A stretch of DNA of 56,480 nt, the filler included, from an uncultured Synergistales bacterium (GTDB lineage: Bacteria; Synergistota; Synergistia; Synergistales; Aminobacteriaceae): assembly GCA_937897575.1 (NCBI GenBank). It is 3 parts of 3 records of this genome, joined end to end, with 100 filler letters (N's around TTAATTAATTAA, not from the genome) between each part and the next. Parts side by side here need not be neighbours in the genome. Positions count along the whole stretch, not along the records: positions 23,218 to 46,145 come from CALCQG010000167.1; positions 46,246 to 56,480 come from CALCQG010000170.1; 1 more part is not named here. One strand, given 5' to 3'. Below are positions 37,934-48,380 of the stretch, in pieces. The notes under the pieces were generated by a model. That model was not told where the DNA came from and made no database searches. It worked only from the letters and a program-made list of their open reading frames with translations. The position numbers and the translations under genes are program-made. Numbering within the stretch: position 1 is the stretch's first letter; each line of letters opens with the position of its first letter.

Positions 37934-40072
37934 ATGCTGAAAGTGAAGGAGTCCATGCAGAAGGATGCCGGAAAAGGCCTCGCGCGCATGATGCCGGCTG
38001 ATATGCGCGCCCTCGGCCTCTCCGAAGGGCAGATCGTGGAGATCGAGGGGAAGAGATGCACCGCCGCGCGGCTGCTCTCCTGCGACTCCGACGCCGCCGA
38101 GGGGGGGACAACCTCGGGGTTCATCCAGATCGACGGCATCATCCGGGAGAACGCCGGCGTCGCCATCGACGACAAGGTCTCCGTCCGAAGGACGGACCAC
38201 CATTTTGCCGGCAGCGTGACGCTCAGGCCTCTCACCAGCACCCCTCTGCTGGAGAAGGAGCGGGATGCCGCCTATATCCGGTCCCTGCTGGAGGGTATGC
38301 CCGTCCGTCAGGACGACAGGGTCCGGACGAACCTCTTCGGCACCAGGATATGCGACTTTCGCGTCACGGACACAACGCCCGACGGCACCGTGATCGTCAG
38401 CAAATCGACCTACGTGAACGTGGAGAAACAGGTCGAGGCGGCGAAGCGGACCCGGGTCACCTACGAGGACATCGGCGGCCTCGGCCCCCAGATTCAGCGC
38501 ATACGGGAGATGATCGAGCTCCCCCTGCGCTTCCCCCAGGTCTTTGACCGCCTGGGCGTGCAGCCCCCGAAGGGCGTCCTCCTCTACGGCCCTCCGGGCA
38601 CGGGGAAGACGGTCATAGCGAAGGCCGTGGCCTCGGAGACGGACGTCTACTTCACGCACATCTCGGGGCCCGAGATCATAGGGAAGTTCTACGGCGAGAG
38701 CGAGGAGCGCCTGAGGAACGTCTTCGAGGACGCCCAGGCCCACGCTCCGGCCATCATCTTCATCGACGAGATCGACGCCATCGCGCCGAAGCGCGAGGAG
38801 ATGGGGGGCGAAAAACAGGTCGAGCGGCGGGTCGTCGCCCAGCTGCTCGCCCTCATGGACGGTCTGGAGTCCCGGGGTCAGCTCATCGTCATCGGCGCGA
38901 CGAACATCCCCAACACCCTCGACCCGGCACTTCGCCGCCCCGGACGGTTCGACCGGGAGATCGCCATCCCCATCCCGGACCGCACGGGCCGTCTGGAGAT
39001 TCTGACGATCCACACGCGAGGGATGCCTTTGGCCGCCGACGTGGACCTCAGACGCATCGCCGAGATGACCCACGGCTACGTGGGGGCGGACCTGGAGGCC
39101 CTCGCCAAGGAGGCTGCCATGGCAAGCCTCCGGGAACTTCTTCCCGAGATCGACATGGAGATGGAGGAGGTCCCCTACGAGCGCCTCCTGGCCATGGAGG
39201 TGACCATGGCCCACTTTCTCGAGGCCTTCAAGGAGGTGGACCCCTCGGCCATCCGGGAGGTCTTCGTGGAGGTGCCCGACGTGGCCTGGGACGACATCGG
39301 CGGGCTCGACGGGATCAAGGAGACCCTGCAGGACGCCGTGCTCTGGCCGATCCAGCAGGAGGAGCTCTTCGAACGGTACGACATCGCCCCGCCGAAGGGG
39401 ATCATGCTCCACGGCCCCTCGGGCACGGGCAAGACCCTCCTCGCCAAGGCCCTCGCCCATGAGAGCGGCGTCAACTTCATCGCCGTCAAGGGGCCGGCCC
39501 TCATGTCGAAGTACGTGGGCGAGAGCGAGCGGGCCATCCGCGACGTCTTCAGGACGGCCAAACAGGCCGCCCCGTCCATCCTCTACTTCGACGAGATCGA
39601 GTCCATCGTGCCCGTCCGCGGGCGGGAGAACGGCAGCGGCTCCGGGTTCACCGAACGGGTCATCAGCCAGTTTCTCGCCGAGATGAGCGGGATCGAGGAG
39701 CTCAAGGGGGTCGTGGTCCTCGCCACGACGAACCGGATCGACCTCGTCGACCCGTCCCTTCTCTCGGGCGGACGGTTCGACCTCGTGCTCGAGCTCCCGC
39801 TGCCCGACGAACGGACCAGAGAGCGCATCTTCCACATCCACCTGCGGAAGAAGGCCCTCGCCCGGGACGTGAGCCTGAGCGCCCTGGCCCGCCTCACCGA
39901 CGGCCGGACGGGCGGCGATATCGCCTTCGTCTGCCGGAAAGCGGCCATGCTCGCCGTGAAGGACTATCTCAAACAGGAGGAAAGGGGGATGTTCCTCCTG
40001 GAGTGGCGACACTTTCAGGAGGCGTTCTCGGCCCTCGGCGATCAGGCCAGGATGCAGGCCGAAGCGAAGTAG
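37934..40072 (+). CDS. CDC48/VCP/p97-family AAA+ ATPase
   Basis: N-domain, then D1 (VTYEDIGGL, GPPGTGKT, IFIDEIDAIAPKR, DPALRRPGRFDREI) and D2 (PSAIREVFVEVPDVAWDDIGGL, GPSGTGKT, YFDEIE). Confidence 0.93.
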   Translation: MLKVKESMQKDAGKGLARMMPADMRALGLSEGQIVEIEGKRCTAARLLSCDSDAAEGGTTSGFIQIDGIIRENAGVAIDDKVSVRRTDHHFAGSVTLRPLTSTPLLEKERDAAYIRSLLEGMPVRQDDRVRTNLFGTRICDFRVTDTTPDGTVIVSKSTYVNVEKQVEAAKRTRVTYEDIGGLGPQIQRIREMIELPLRFPQVFDRLGVQPPKGVLLYGPPGTGKTVIAKAVASETDVYFTHISGPEIIGKFYGESEERLRNVFEDAQAHAPAIIFIDEIDAIAPKREEMGGEKQVERRVVAQLLALMDGLESRGQLIVIGATNIPNTLDPALRRPGRFDREIAIPIPDRTGRLEILTIHTRGMPLAADVDLRRIAEMTHGYVGADLEALAKEAAMASLRELLPEIDMEMEEVPYERLLAMEVTMAHFLEAFKEVDPSAIREVFVEVPDVAWDDIGGLDGIKETLQDAVLWPIQQEELFERYDIAPPKGIMLHGPSGTGKTLLAKALAHESGVNFIAVKGPALMSKYVGESERAIRDVFRTAKQAAPSILYFDEIESIVPVRGRENGSGSGFTERVISQFLAEMSGIEELKGVVVLATTNRIDLVDPSLLSGGRFDLVLELPLPDERTRERIFHIHLRKKALARDVSLSALARLTDGRTGGDIAFVCRKAAMLAVKDYLKQEERGMFLLEWRHFQEAFSALGDQARMQAEAK

Positions 40073-40148
40073 CGGAACCGGTTCCGGCAGGACCGGGCGT
40101 CACACGTTCGACGGGGCCCCGCTCTCCGCCAGCCTCCCTGCTGAACGG

Positions 40149-42215
40149 CTATTCGTCCTCGACAGACGGCGCCTCGTCCACCGCTTCCAAGGAGAGCACC
40201 TCCTCGGGGGCGGCGCTGTTCTGACCGGCTCCGGGCGCGGAGTCGTCGTTGGCCGGATAGAGCGTCCGATAGACGGCGAGGTTGGCCATAACCCGCTGCA
40301 CGTAGCCGTTGGTCTCCTCGTACCGGACCGCCTCGATCCACTCGTCCAGGGGGATGTCCTTCCTCTCCCCCAGCCAGCGCCTCGCCGCGCCGCCTCCGGC
40401 GTTATAGGCCGCCGCTGCCAGCTCCTCCCGCCCGAAGGACTTCATCAGGCGGGCTATGTGCGCCGCCCCGAGGAGGATATTGTGCTCGGGGGCATAGAGG
40501 GTGTACTTGGCCATCTTGAGGGCGTCGGCCTCGCCCTTCGCCGTCGCCGGCATGAGCTGCATCAGCCCCGCCGCCCCCACCCAGCTCGTGGCGTTGGGGT
40601 CGAAGGCGCTCTCCTGGCGCATGATGGCCCAGATGAAGTTGTCCTCCACACCGAAGCGCTCCGCCGCCGCCCGAACCTCTCTCATGTAGGGCCTGGGGTA
40701 GAGCATCTCGAGGGCTTGCTGACGGAAGGCTGGCTCCCCGATGAGGGCGTCGGACAGTTTCCCGCCGATGGCGTAGGCCGACTGCCCGTCCCCCATCCAC
40801 TCCGCCAACAGGGCGGCCCGGAAGAGGGACCCTCTGTCCCCCCTGGCCACGTAGTTCATGCGGGCGTACTGCACGAACCCCCACTGCTCGAGGACCGAGG
40901 GAGTCGTGTTCTCGAAGGCCGGGGGGATGCCGGGCTTGACGGGGATCTTGCCGTCGTTCGCCAGGATGCCGTATACGGTCAGCGGGTAGGTCTTTGCGAG
41001 CAGATCGAGCGTCTTCTTCCTCTTCTCCGTCTCTCCGAGGCGATCGTACCCCTTCGCGAGCCAGTGCAGGATCCGCGCCCGCCAGGACGTGGTCGCCGAC
41101 GAGGTGAGGGTGCGCTGCCACGCCTGGACAGCCTGCTTCGTCCTCCCGGCCTGCCAGTGGCCCCAACCTCTGGCCCAGAGGATCTGCGCGGCGAACTCCG
41201 AGTCGGGGGCGAGCTCCATGACCCGCTCCTCCGCAGCGCGCTTCCCGTCGCCCGAGAGGTTCGTGGAGAGGGAGTAGTAGGCCCTGGTCCGGAAGACACC
41301 CTGCCGGGACTCGGCCACCTCCCGGAGGACGCGGAGCGCCCGCTCTCTCTCCGCGCGCCCGGCCAGTATGGAGATCCGCCGGATCGAGGACTCGGCGTAG
41401 GACGTGCCGTTCCTCGCCAGGTAGCTCCACAGCTCCAGGGCGCTTCCGTACTGCTTCCTGTGGTATTGGGAGAAGGCTCTGTAGTACCGCGCCTTCCGGC
41501 CATTCTTCGACTCGAGGGGGACCTCCTTCAGCAGCGGGACCGCCTTCCCGTGTTCTCCCCGAAGGTAGGCGGCATACCCCAGGGCGAAGTGCACCTCGGC
41601 GTTCCAGGGCTTCGGCAGAGCCTCCAGGACCTTCAGAGCTGCCGCGTTCCTGGGTTGAAGGTTCAGCAAGGCGAGGGCATGGCTTTTTTTCTCGCCGCCC
41701 GGCAGGGCCAGCAGGTACGACAGCGCCGTGATCCGCTGTCGTTCTTCTGTCGCCAGGGCGTACATCCGCTCGAGGGCGCCTTTCCGGCTCGCCGTGTCCT
41801 TTTCGTCCGAGAGGCGGTAGAGCGCGTAGGCCACGTAATAGCCGAGCTCCGCCGGGGCATCGGGAAGGAGCCTCTTCGCCATGGCGGCGGCCTCGTCTTT
41901 CCTGCCCGTCCGCTCCAGCCCGAGGACGGTCATCATGGCGCCGTAGGGTTTGACCTCCTCCGGCCATTGGGCGGCGTTCTTTTCGAGAAGGACCAGGGCA
42001 TCGCCCCAGCGCCTCTGGAGCCAGAGGGCGTTGGCGGCGAGGGACTCCTCTCTCGCGGTGAGCCTCCCGCCCGAGGCGGCAAGCCGCTCGTTCACGGCCC
42101 GCCAGTCCATGGCGCGGAAAAGCTCGTCCATGGTGTAGGACTCCCCTCTGAGAGGAAGGCCCATCACCAGGAGAAAAAGCAGCGCTGCTCGTCTGAACCA
42201 TACTCTGACGCTCAT
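40149..42215 (-). CDS. Soluble lytic transglycosylase with a helical-repeat N-terminus (Slt70-like)
   Basis: Signal peptide and TPR-like helices; C-terminal AIMRQES.F, S..GA.GLMQLMP.T, AAYNAG.G, ET..YV..V. Confidence 0.9.
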   Translation of the reverse strand: MSVRVWFRRAALLFLLVMGLPLRGESYTMDELFRAMDWRAVNERLAASGGRLTAREESLAANALWLQRRWGDALVLLEKNAAQWPEEVKPYGAMMTVLGLERTGRKDEAAAMAKRLLPDAPAELGYYVAYALYRLSDEKDTASRKGALERMYALATEERQRITALSYLLALPGGEKKSHALALLNLQPRNAAALKVLEALPKPWNAEVHFALGYAAYLRGEHGKAVPLLKEVPLESKNGRKARYYRAFSQYHRKQYGSALELWSYLARNGTSYAESSIRRISILAGRAERERALRVLREVAESRQGVFRTRAYYSLSTNLSGDGKRAAEERVMELAPDSEFAAQILWARGWGHWQAGRTKQAVQAWQRTLTSSATTSWRARILHWLAKGYDRLGETEKRKKTLDLLAKTYPLTVYGILANDGKIPVKPGIPPAFENTTPSVLEQWGFVQYARMNYVARGDRGSLFRAALLAEWMGDGQSAYAIGGKLSDALIGEPAFRQQALEMLYPRPYMREVRAAAERFGVEDNFIWAIMRQESAFDPNATSWVGAAGLMQLMPATAKGEADALKMAKYTLYAPEHNILLGAAHIARLMKSFGREELAAAAYNAGGGAARRWLGERKDIPLDEWIEAVRYEETNGYVQRVMANLAVYRTLYPANDDSAPGAGQNSAAPEEVLSLEAVDEAPSVEDE

Positions 42216-42314
42216 GGAAGACCTCCTTCGTTCATTCGTCATCCGAAGGGGAGTATACCGTGAACGGAGAGCGGGCGCATCGGGAGAAACACGCACGGCG
42301 CTGCCGCCGCCCCG

Positions 42315-43439
42315 TCAGTGCCCCAGAAGAGCGACGATCTTGTCCGTCCCCTTCAGCCCCGACCCCGTGAGGATCGCCGCAACGGTCTCCCCCGTCCGCA
42401 AGAGCCCCCGCTCCGAGAGCTGTCGGAGGGCGGGGAACACGATCGCGCTCGTGGGCTCCACGAAATAGCCCCGCCGCGCGAGGGCCAGGAAACCCTGCCA
42501 AATCGCTCCGTCGGAGCAGGACAGGACCGCACCCCCGCTTTTTCGCACCGCCGCGAGGACCTCCCGCCCCCGGACGGGCTCGGCGGAGCTTATCCCCTCG
42601 GCGATGGTCTCCCTCTTCTCTATTCTGTCGGGGACGTCCATGCCCTTCACGAAGGCCGAATGGAGCGGCGCGCACCCCTCGGGCTGAAGAGCGTAGATTC
42701 GCGGTAGAGCCGGGATCTCCCCCGCCGCTTTGAGGGCTTCGAAGGCCAGGACGCACCCCAGGACAAGGCTGCCCTGCCCCGCCGGCAGAAGAAGGGCGTC
42801 GGGGGCCCTGAACCCCAGCTGCTCCCATATCTCGAGGGCAAACGTCTTCACGCCGTGGGCGAAGTAGGGGCTCCAGTTGTGGCTTCCGTAGTAGGTCGTC
42901 TCGGCGGCTCGCTCCGCCGCCCGCGTCGTGTCCTCCCTCGACCCCGGCACGCGCTCGAGGATTCCGCCGTAGCTCTCGATCTGCACGCACTTGCCCGCCG
43001 AGGTGTACCCGGGCACGAAGATACGGCACCCGATGCCCGCCCGGGCACAGTATGCCGCCATGGAGGCGCCGGCGTTGCCCGACGAGTCCTCCACAACCTC
43101 GCGGACGCCCAACCCGGCGATTCGGCTGACCAGGTAGGCCATGCCCCGGTCTTTGTACGACCCCGTGGGACAGGCGTAGTCCAGCTTGAAGAAGAGATTC
43201 AGCCCCGGCCACGGCTCACGGACCAGCGGTGTCCACCCCTCCCCCATGGAGACGGGTTCGCATACCTCCCCCGCCGGGAGGGCCGCACGATAGCGCCACA
43301 TCCCCTGTTCGTTCCTCCGAATCATTCCCCGGTTGAAGGGAACGACCCCGCCCCCGACGACAAGAGGTCCTCCGCAGGAACATCGCCAGGGGCGACTCTC
43401 TTCGCCCCACTCTTTTTTGCAGGATGTGCAGACAAGCAT
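42315..43439 (-). CDS. thrC: Threonine synthase-like PLP-dependent enzyme
   Basis: CxxC...CxC N-terminus, SMGEGWTPL, PTGSYKDRG, EDSSGNAGAS, VEPTSA, LTGSGLK; start could be 43439-43448. Confidence 0.8.
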   Translation of the reverse strand: MLVCTSCKKEWGEESRPWRCSCGGPLVVGGGVVPFNRGMIRRNEQGMWRYRAALPAGEVCEPVSMGEGWTPLVREPWPGLNLFFKLDYACPTGSYKDRGMAYLVSRIAGLGVREVVEDSSGNAGASMAAYCARAGIGCRIFVPGYTSAGKCVQIESYGGILERVPGSREDTTRAAERAAETTYYGSHNWSPYFAHGVKTFALEIWEQLGFRAPDALLLPAGQGSLVLGCVLAFEALKAAGEIPALPRIYALQPEGCAPLHSAFVKGMDVPDRIEKRETIAEGISSAEPVRGREVLAAVRKSGGAVLSCSDGAIWQGFLALARRGYFVEPTSAIVFPALRQLSERGLLRTGETVAAILTGSGLKGTDKIVALLGH

Positions 43440-43635
43440 CGTCATCACCTCGCCCCCATTATACGGATTTTTTCCTCACCCGGTGCAGTCGGACGGCGCT
43501 GCGCGGCCATCGCCGCGTCACGATGTGCAGGCCTAGATATCATGCTATAATGACAGGACATATCGCGTTATTCTTTTCATCGACGTTCAATGAGGAGTAT
43601 TCGGACAGCGAGATACAATTCAAGGGGGGATAGTC

Positions 43636-44859
43636 ATGAACGGAATCTGGCAGGACAACTTCAGCTACATCGCGAAGCACAACAGGCCGTCGCCCGTTCG
43701 GGAAATGCTCAAGGTGATCAAACAGCCCGGCATGATCTCCTTCGCCGGCGGCATGCCGGCCCCTGAAGTGTTCCCCGTGGACAAGTTCTACGAGGGAGCC
43801 CACATCCTCAAGGACAACGGTACCGAACTCCTCCAGTACGGCACCACGGAGGGCTACCCGCCCCTCAAGGAGTTCCTCGCATCCTGGACGGCCCCCAGAA
43901 TGGGGCGGACCCTGTCCCAGGACGAGATACTCATCACCACCGGTTCCCAGCAGGCGTTGGACCTCCTCTCCTGGTCCATGATCGACAACGGCGACTACGT
44001 CATCACCGAGGACCCCTCCTATCTGGCCGCCCTGACGGTCTTCTTCAACCACGGTGCGGACTTCATCGGCATCCCGACGGACAGGGACGGCATGCAGGTT
44101 GACCTCATCCCGGCGGCCATCGAGAAGGCGCGGGCCGAGGGCAAGAAGGTCAAGTTCATCTACACCATCGTGAACTTCCACAACCCCGGCGGCTCCACCA
44201 TGAGCGTCGAGCGGCGGAAGAAACTCGCCGAGATATCGAAGAAGTACAACATCCCCGTCTTCGAGGACGACCCCTACGGCTACGTTCGCTACGAGGGGGA
44301 GCACCTGCCCTCGATCTTCTCCTTCCACGACCGGGAGGGCGTGCTCTACGCCGGTTCCTTCTCGAAGATCCTCTCCCCCGGCACGCGGGTGGGGTGGGTC
44401 GCGGGCCCCAGGGAGATCATCCGGAACCTCACGGTCTTCAAGCAGGGGACGGACCTCTGCTCCAGCCCCATCACCCAGGCCCTCGTGGCGGAGTACTGCA
44501 GCAAGGGCTACCTGGAGAGCCATCTCCCGGTCATCATCGACAACTACCGGGTGAAGCGCGACGCTATGGAGAAGAGCTTCGAACGACACCTCGCCCCTCT
44601 GGGCGTCACGTGGGTGAAGCCCGAAGGAGGCTTCTTCTACTGGCTCAACTTCCCGAACGTGAACACCAACGACCTCTTCGACAAGGCCATTGAGAAGAAA
44701 GTGGCCTTCGTGCCCGGCGCGCCCTTCTGCCCCACGCCCGCCACGGGCGTGCACAACGCGCGTCTCTGCTTCACCTTCCCCACGCCGGAGGTCATCGAAG
44801 AGGGCGTTAGGAGGCTCGCCGAAGCTGTGGGCGAGCTCGGCATCCCGACGGTCCACTGA
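43636..44859 (+). CDS. PLP-dependent aminotransferase (LysN/aromatic multi-substrate type)
   Basis: MISFAGGMP.P, LQYG.TEG, TGSQQALD, FHNP.G, EDDPYG, GSFSKILSPG.RVGW. Confidence 0.9.
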   Translation: MNGIWQDNFSYIAKHNRPSPVREMLKVIKQPGMISFAGGMPAPEVFPVDKFYEGAHILKDNGTELLQYGTTEGYPPLKEFLASWTAPRMGRTLSQDEILITTGSQQALDLLSWSMIDNGDYVITEDPSYLAALTVFFNHGADFIGIPTDRDGMQVDLIPAAIEKARAEGKKVKFIYTIVNFHNPGGSTMSVERRKKLAEISKKYNIPVFEDDPYGYVRYEGEHLPSIFSFHDREGVLYAGSFSKILSPGTRVGWVAGPREIIRNLTVFKQGTDLCSSPITQALVAEYCSKGYLESHLPVIIDNYRVKRDAMEKSFERHLAPLGVTWVKPEGGFFYWLNFPNVNTNDLFDKAIEKKVAFVPGAPFCPTPATGVHNARLCFTFPTPEVIEEGVRRLAEAVGELGIPTVH

Positions 44860-44882
44860 CCGGTCGTCTGAAAGAACTACCG

Positions 44883-44909
44883 GCTCCCCGCCTGTGAGGG
44901 GAGCTTTTT
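44883..44909 (+). terminator. Intrinsic terminator
   Basis: GCTCCCC-N8-GGGGAGC-TTTTT. Confidence 0.7.
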
Positions 44910-44987
44910 CCTTTCAAAATTTCCGTTTTGATGTACTATACGGAGGACAGCGGTATCCATACGCTCATCCGCCGGGGAGGGGTCGCC

Positions 44988-46145
<1,158 letters not shown>

Positions 46146-46245
46146 NNNNNNNNNNNNNNNNNNNNNNNNNNNNNNNNNNNNNNNNNNNNTTAATTAATTA
46201 ANNNNNNNNNNNNNNNNNNNNNNNNNNNNNNNNNNNNNNNNNNNN
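46146..46245. other. Artificial contig-joining linker
   Basis: N-run, TTAATTAATTAA, N-run; 100 nt in total. Confidence 0.98.
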
Positions 46246-46342
46246 GTTTTGCACGCTGACCACGTACTTCAGCGCACTCCTCGTCCGGAACCCCGTGGGG
46301 CGGAAGAGGAGTGCGCTGAAGTACGTGGTCAGCGTGCAAAAC
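46246..46342. repeat. Perfect 37-bp inverted repeat at the contig start (probable fold-back artefact)
   Basis: 46246-46282 is the exact reverse complement of 46306-46342, with a 23-nt spacer. Confidence 0.9.
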
Positions 46343-47023
46343 GTCATACGGGACCTTCTCGCGTCCAACATACGGGCGACGGGGTCGAACGGAAGCGAGT
46401 CCAGCAAGCGCTGGCTCCTGTGGTCCATAACGGGAGGCGAGACGAGGCAGGTCTCCGCCTTCTCCGACAGGACGCTGACGTCCCTGTCGGTCTCGGGCCT
46501 GCGCAACACCATCGACCTCCTGAACGAATTGGAGCTCGGCCGGCTCGACGGAGTGGACTTCATAGAGTGTCGTGCCTGTTCTCAGGGCTGTATCGGAGGC
46601 ACGGGGACCTACGAGTCCCGGTACCTCTCGCGCCTTCGCCTCCAGAATCTGGACACGGCCTTGCTGCCGCCTCAGGAGGAGATGGAGGTCGTGCGATCGC
46701 AGTACAAGCGGGGCCTCTGGCGCCTTCCTTCGCCCCTGCCCGTCAAGGAGCGCGCCCCGCTCTCCCAGGATATCGGCGAGGCCATGGCGAAGCTCAGAGA
46801 GATGGACGAGATCTACGCGACGCTGCCGCACATCGACTGCGGGTCCTGCGGGCGTCCGTCCTGCCGCGCCCTTGCCGAGGACATCGTTCGCGGCCTGGGG
46901 AGCGAGACGGACTGCATCTTCAAGCTCAGGGAGCGCATCTCCTCCCTGAGCGAGGAGATAGGGGAGCTCGCTTCGAAGGTGCCGCACACGCTCTACTCCA
47001 GAAGAAAGAGGAAACCGTCATGA
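46283..47023 (+). CDS. [FeFe]-hydrogenase-like Fe-S protein, C-terminal part
   Basis: DFIECRACSQGCIGG resembles the H-cluster L3 motif, followed by an LPHIDCGSCGRPSC.ALAEDI...DCIF Fe-S domain; 5' end missing. Confidence 0.75.
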   Translation, partial: VRNPVGRKRSALKYVVSVQNVIRDLLASNIRATGSNGSESSKRWLLWSITGGETRQVSAFSDRTLTSLSVSGLRNTIDLLNELELGRLDGVDFIECRACSQGCIGGTGTYESRYLSRLRLQNLDTALLPPQEEMEVVRSQYKRGLWRLPSPLPVKERAPLSQDIGEAMAKLREMDEIYATLPHIDCGSCGRPSCRALAEDIVRGLGSETDCIFKLRERISSLSEEIGELASKVPHTLYSRRKRKPS

Positions 47024-47358
47024 CGAGCAGGGAGATCGTCGACGCCCTGGGCCTCACCGTCTACTCCGAGGGCGATCTCGACCGCGCCGTAACGGGCGTC
47101 GTCTCGGGCGATCTGCTCAGTTTCATCATGGCCGAAGCGCGCACAGACTGGCTCTGGATCACGATCCAGGTGCATCTGAACGTGTGCGCCGTGGCCGTGC
47201 TGAAGGAGGTCCCCTTCATCCTTGTCGCCTCGGGACGGACCCCGGCCGAGGACCTTGTGGAACGGTGCCGGTTGGAGAACATCACCCTCTGCGGGAGCGG
47301 GCACTCGGCCTACGAGATCGCCTGGCGGCTGCACGAAGCAGGGTGCACGTCGGACTAG
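47020..47358 (+). CDS. DRTGG-domain protein
   Basis: GDLLS..MA, WITIQ.H.NV.AVA.L, AYEIA..L; ATGA overlap with the upstream gene. Confidence 0.8.
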   Translation: MTSREIVDALGLTVYSEGDLDRAVTGVVSGDLLSFIMAEARTDWLWITIQVHLNVCAVAVLKEVPFILVASGRTPAEDLVERCRLENITLCGSGHSAYEIAWRLHEAGCTSD

Positions 47359-47377
47359 AAGGAGTATCAGGAGCATC

Positions 47378-48133
47378 ATGGGCCTCTCCCCCTATTGGGT
47401 GGATCTTCACATGCATACCGTCCTCTCTCCGTGCGGGGAGCTGGAGATGGGGGCCCCGGAGATTGCGGAGGCCTATCGCAGCGCCGGGATCGCCCTCTGC
47501 GCCGTGACAGACCACAACGCTGCGGACAATGCCCCCGCGGTGGCATGGGCGGCGTCGGGCGATCCGGTCGTGCTCGCCGGCATGGAGGTGCAGTCCTCGG
47601 AGGACATTCACGTCGTCGTCCTCTTTCCCGACTTCGACGGGGCCAGGGAGTACCAGCGATGGCTCTGGGAGGCCATGCCTCCGACGCAGAACCGCCCGGA
47701 CATCTTCGGAGACCAGCTCATCATCGACGGTGAGAACTCGATTCTGGATGAGCAGGAGATCCTGCTCATCCAGGGGGTGGGGTACAGCGTGGACGAGGTG
47801 GCGCAGCAGGCCATGGATATGGGGGCCATCGTCATTCCGGCGCACCTCGACAGGCCGTCCTTCTCCTACGAGGCCGTCCTCGGGCCCGTCCCGTCCGATT
47901 TCCCGTGCCACGCCCTCGAGCTCTCCCCTGCGGTCTCTCACGCCGACTTCCGGACATGGCGGGAGCGATATCCCGACAGGGTCTTCCTTCGCTCCTCGGA
48001 TGCCCACCGCCTCTCGGGCATCTCGAGGGACCGATGCACCGTCATGATGCTTGAAAAACCCTCTTTCACGGAGATCCTCCTGGCTCTCGCCAATCGGGAC
48101 GGGCGTTCCGTGATCTCCCCCTGGGGCGATTGA
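47378..48133 (+). CDS. PHP-domain phosphoesterase
   Basis: DLHMHTVLSPC, AVTDHN...N, GMEV...EDIH, IPAHLDR, SSDAH. Confidence 0.9.
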   Translation: MGLSPYWVDLHMHTVLSPCGELEMGAPEIAEAYRSAGIALCAVTDHNAADNAPAVAWAASGDPVVLAGMEVQSSEDIHVVVLFPDFDGAREYQRWLWEAMPPTQNRPDIFGDQLIIDGENSILDEQEILLIQGVGYSVDEVAQQAMDMGAIVIPAHLDRPSFSYEAVLGPVPSDFPCHALELSPAVSHADFRTWRERYPDRVFLRSSDAHRLSGISRDRCTVMMLEKPSFTEILLALANRDGRSVISPWGD

Positions 48134-48143
48134 GGCCCGCGCG

Positions 48144-48380
48144 CCTCTTCGGCTCACCAAAGACGTCATACGGCGTCAGGCCGAGGGTGCGGCGCTCCAC
48201 CCTAAGGTGACAGGTTAGTTCCTCCCTCTCGGGAACCGTCTCGTCCCCTGCCGAGAGAGCAAGAGCCGTCTCAACACCCCTTCCCTTTGGTGGAGAGGGA
48301 CTCCCCAGGGCTTTACGAGAGTGAGAAATATCTCCCATGGCAGAAGACACATCGTCTCAACCCTGACCGCTAAGAAGAGG
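48144..48380 (-). ncRNA. Candidate structured non-coding RNA, family unassigned
   Basis: Nested long-range helices that need G-U pairs on the minus strand; TACAAT -10 element on the minus strand at 48423-48428; no credible ORF. Confidence 0.55.

Noticed and set aside
48066..48350. 94-aa minus-strand ORF over the ncRNA candidate
   Set aside because: It has no SD and no recognisable motif, and it overlaps the PHP gene end in antisense.
48144..48380. Assignment of the ncRNA candidate as a lysine riboswitch (CUGUCAC...GUGGAGCGC), permuted tmRNA (CUCCACCA...GGGG) or T-box
   Set aside because: The L-box 5' AGAGGUGC block, a T-arm with a paired acceptor stem, and UGGNACC are all missing, and no same-strand gene follows.
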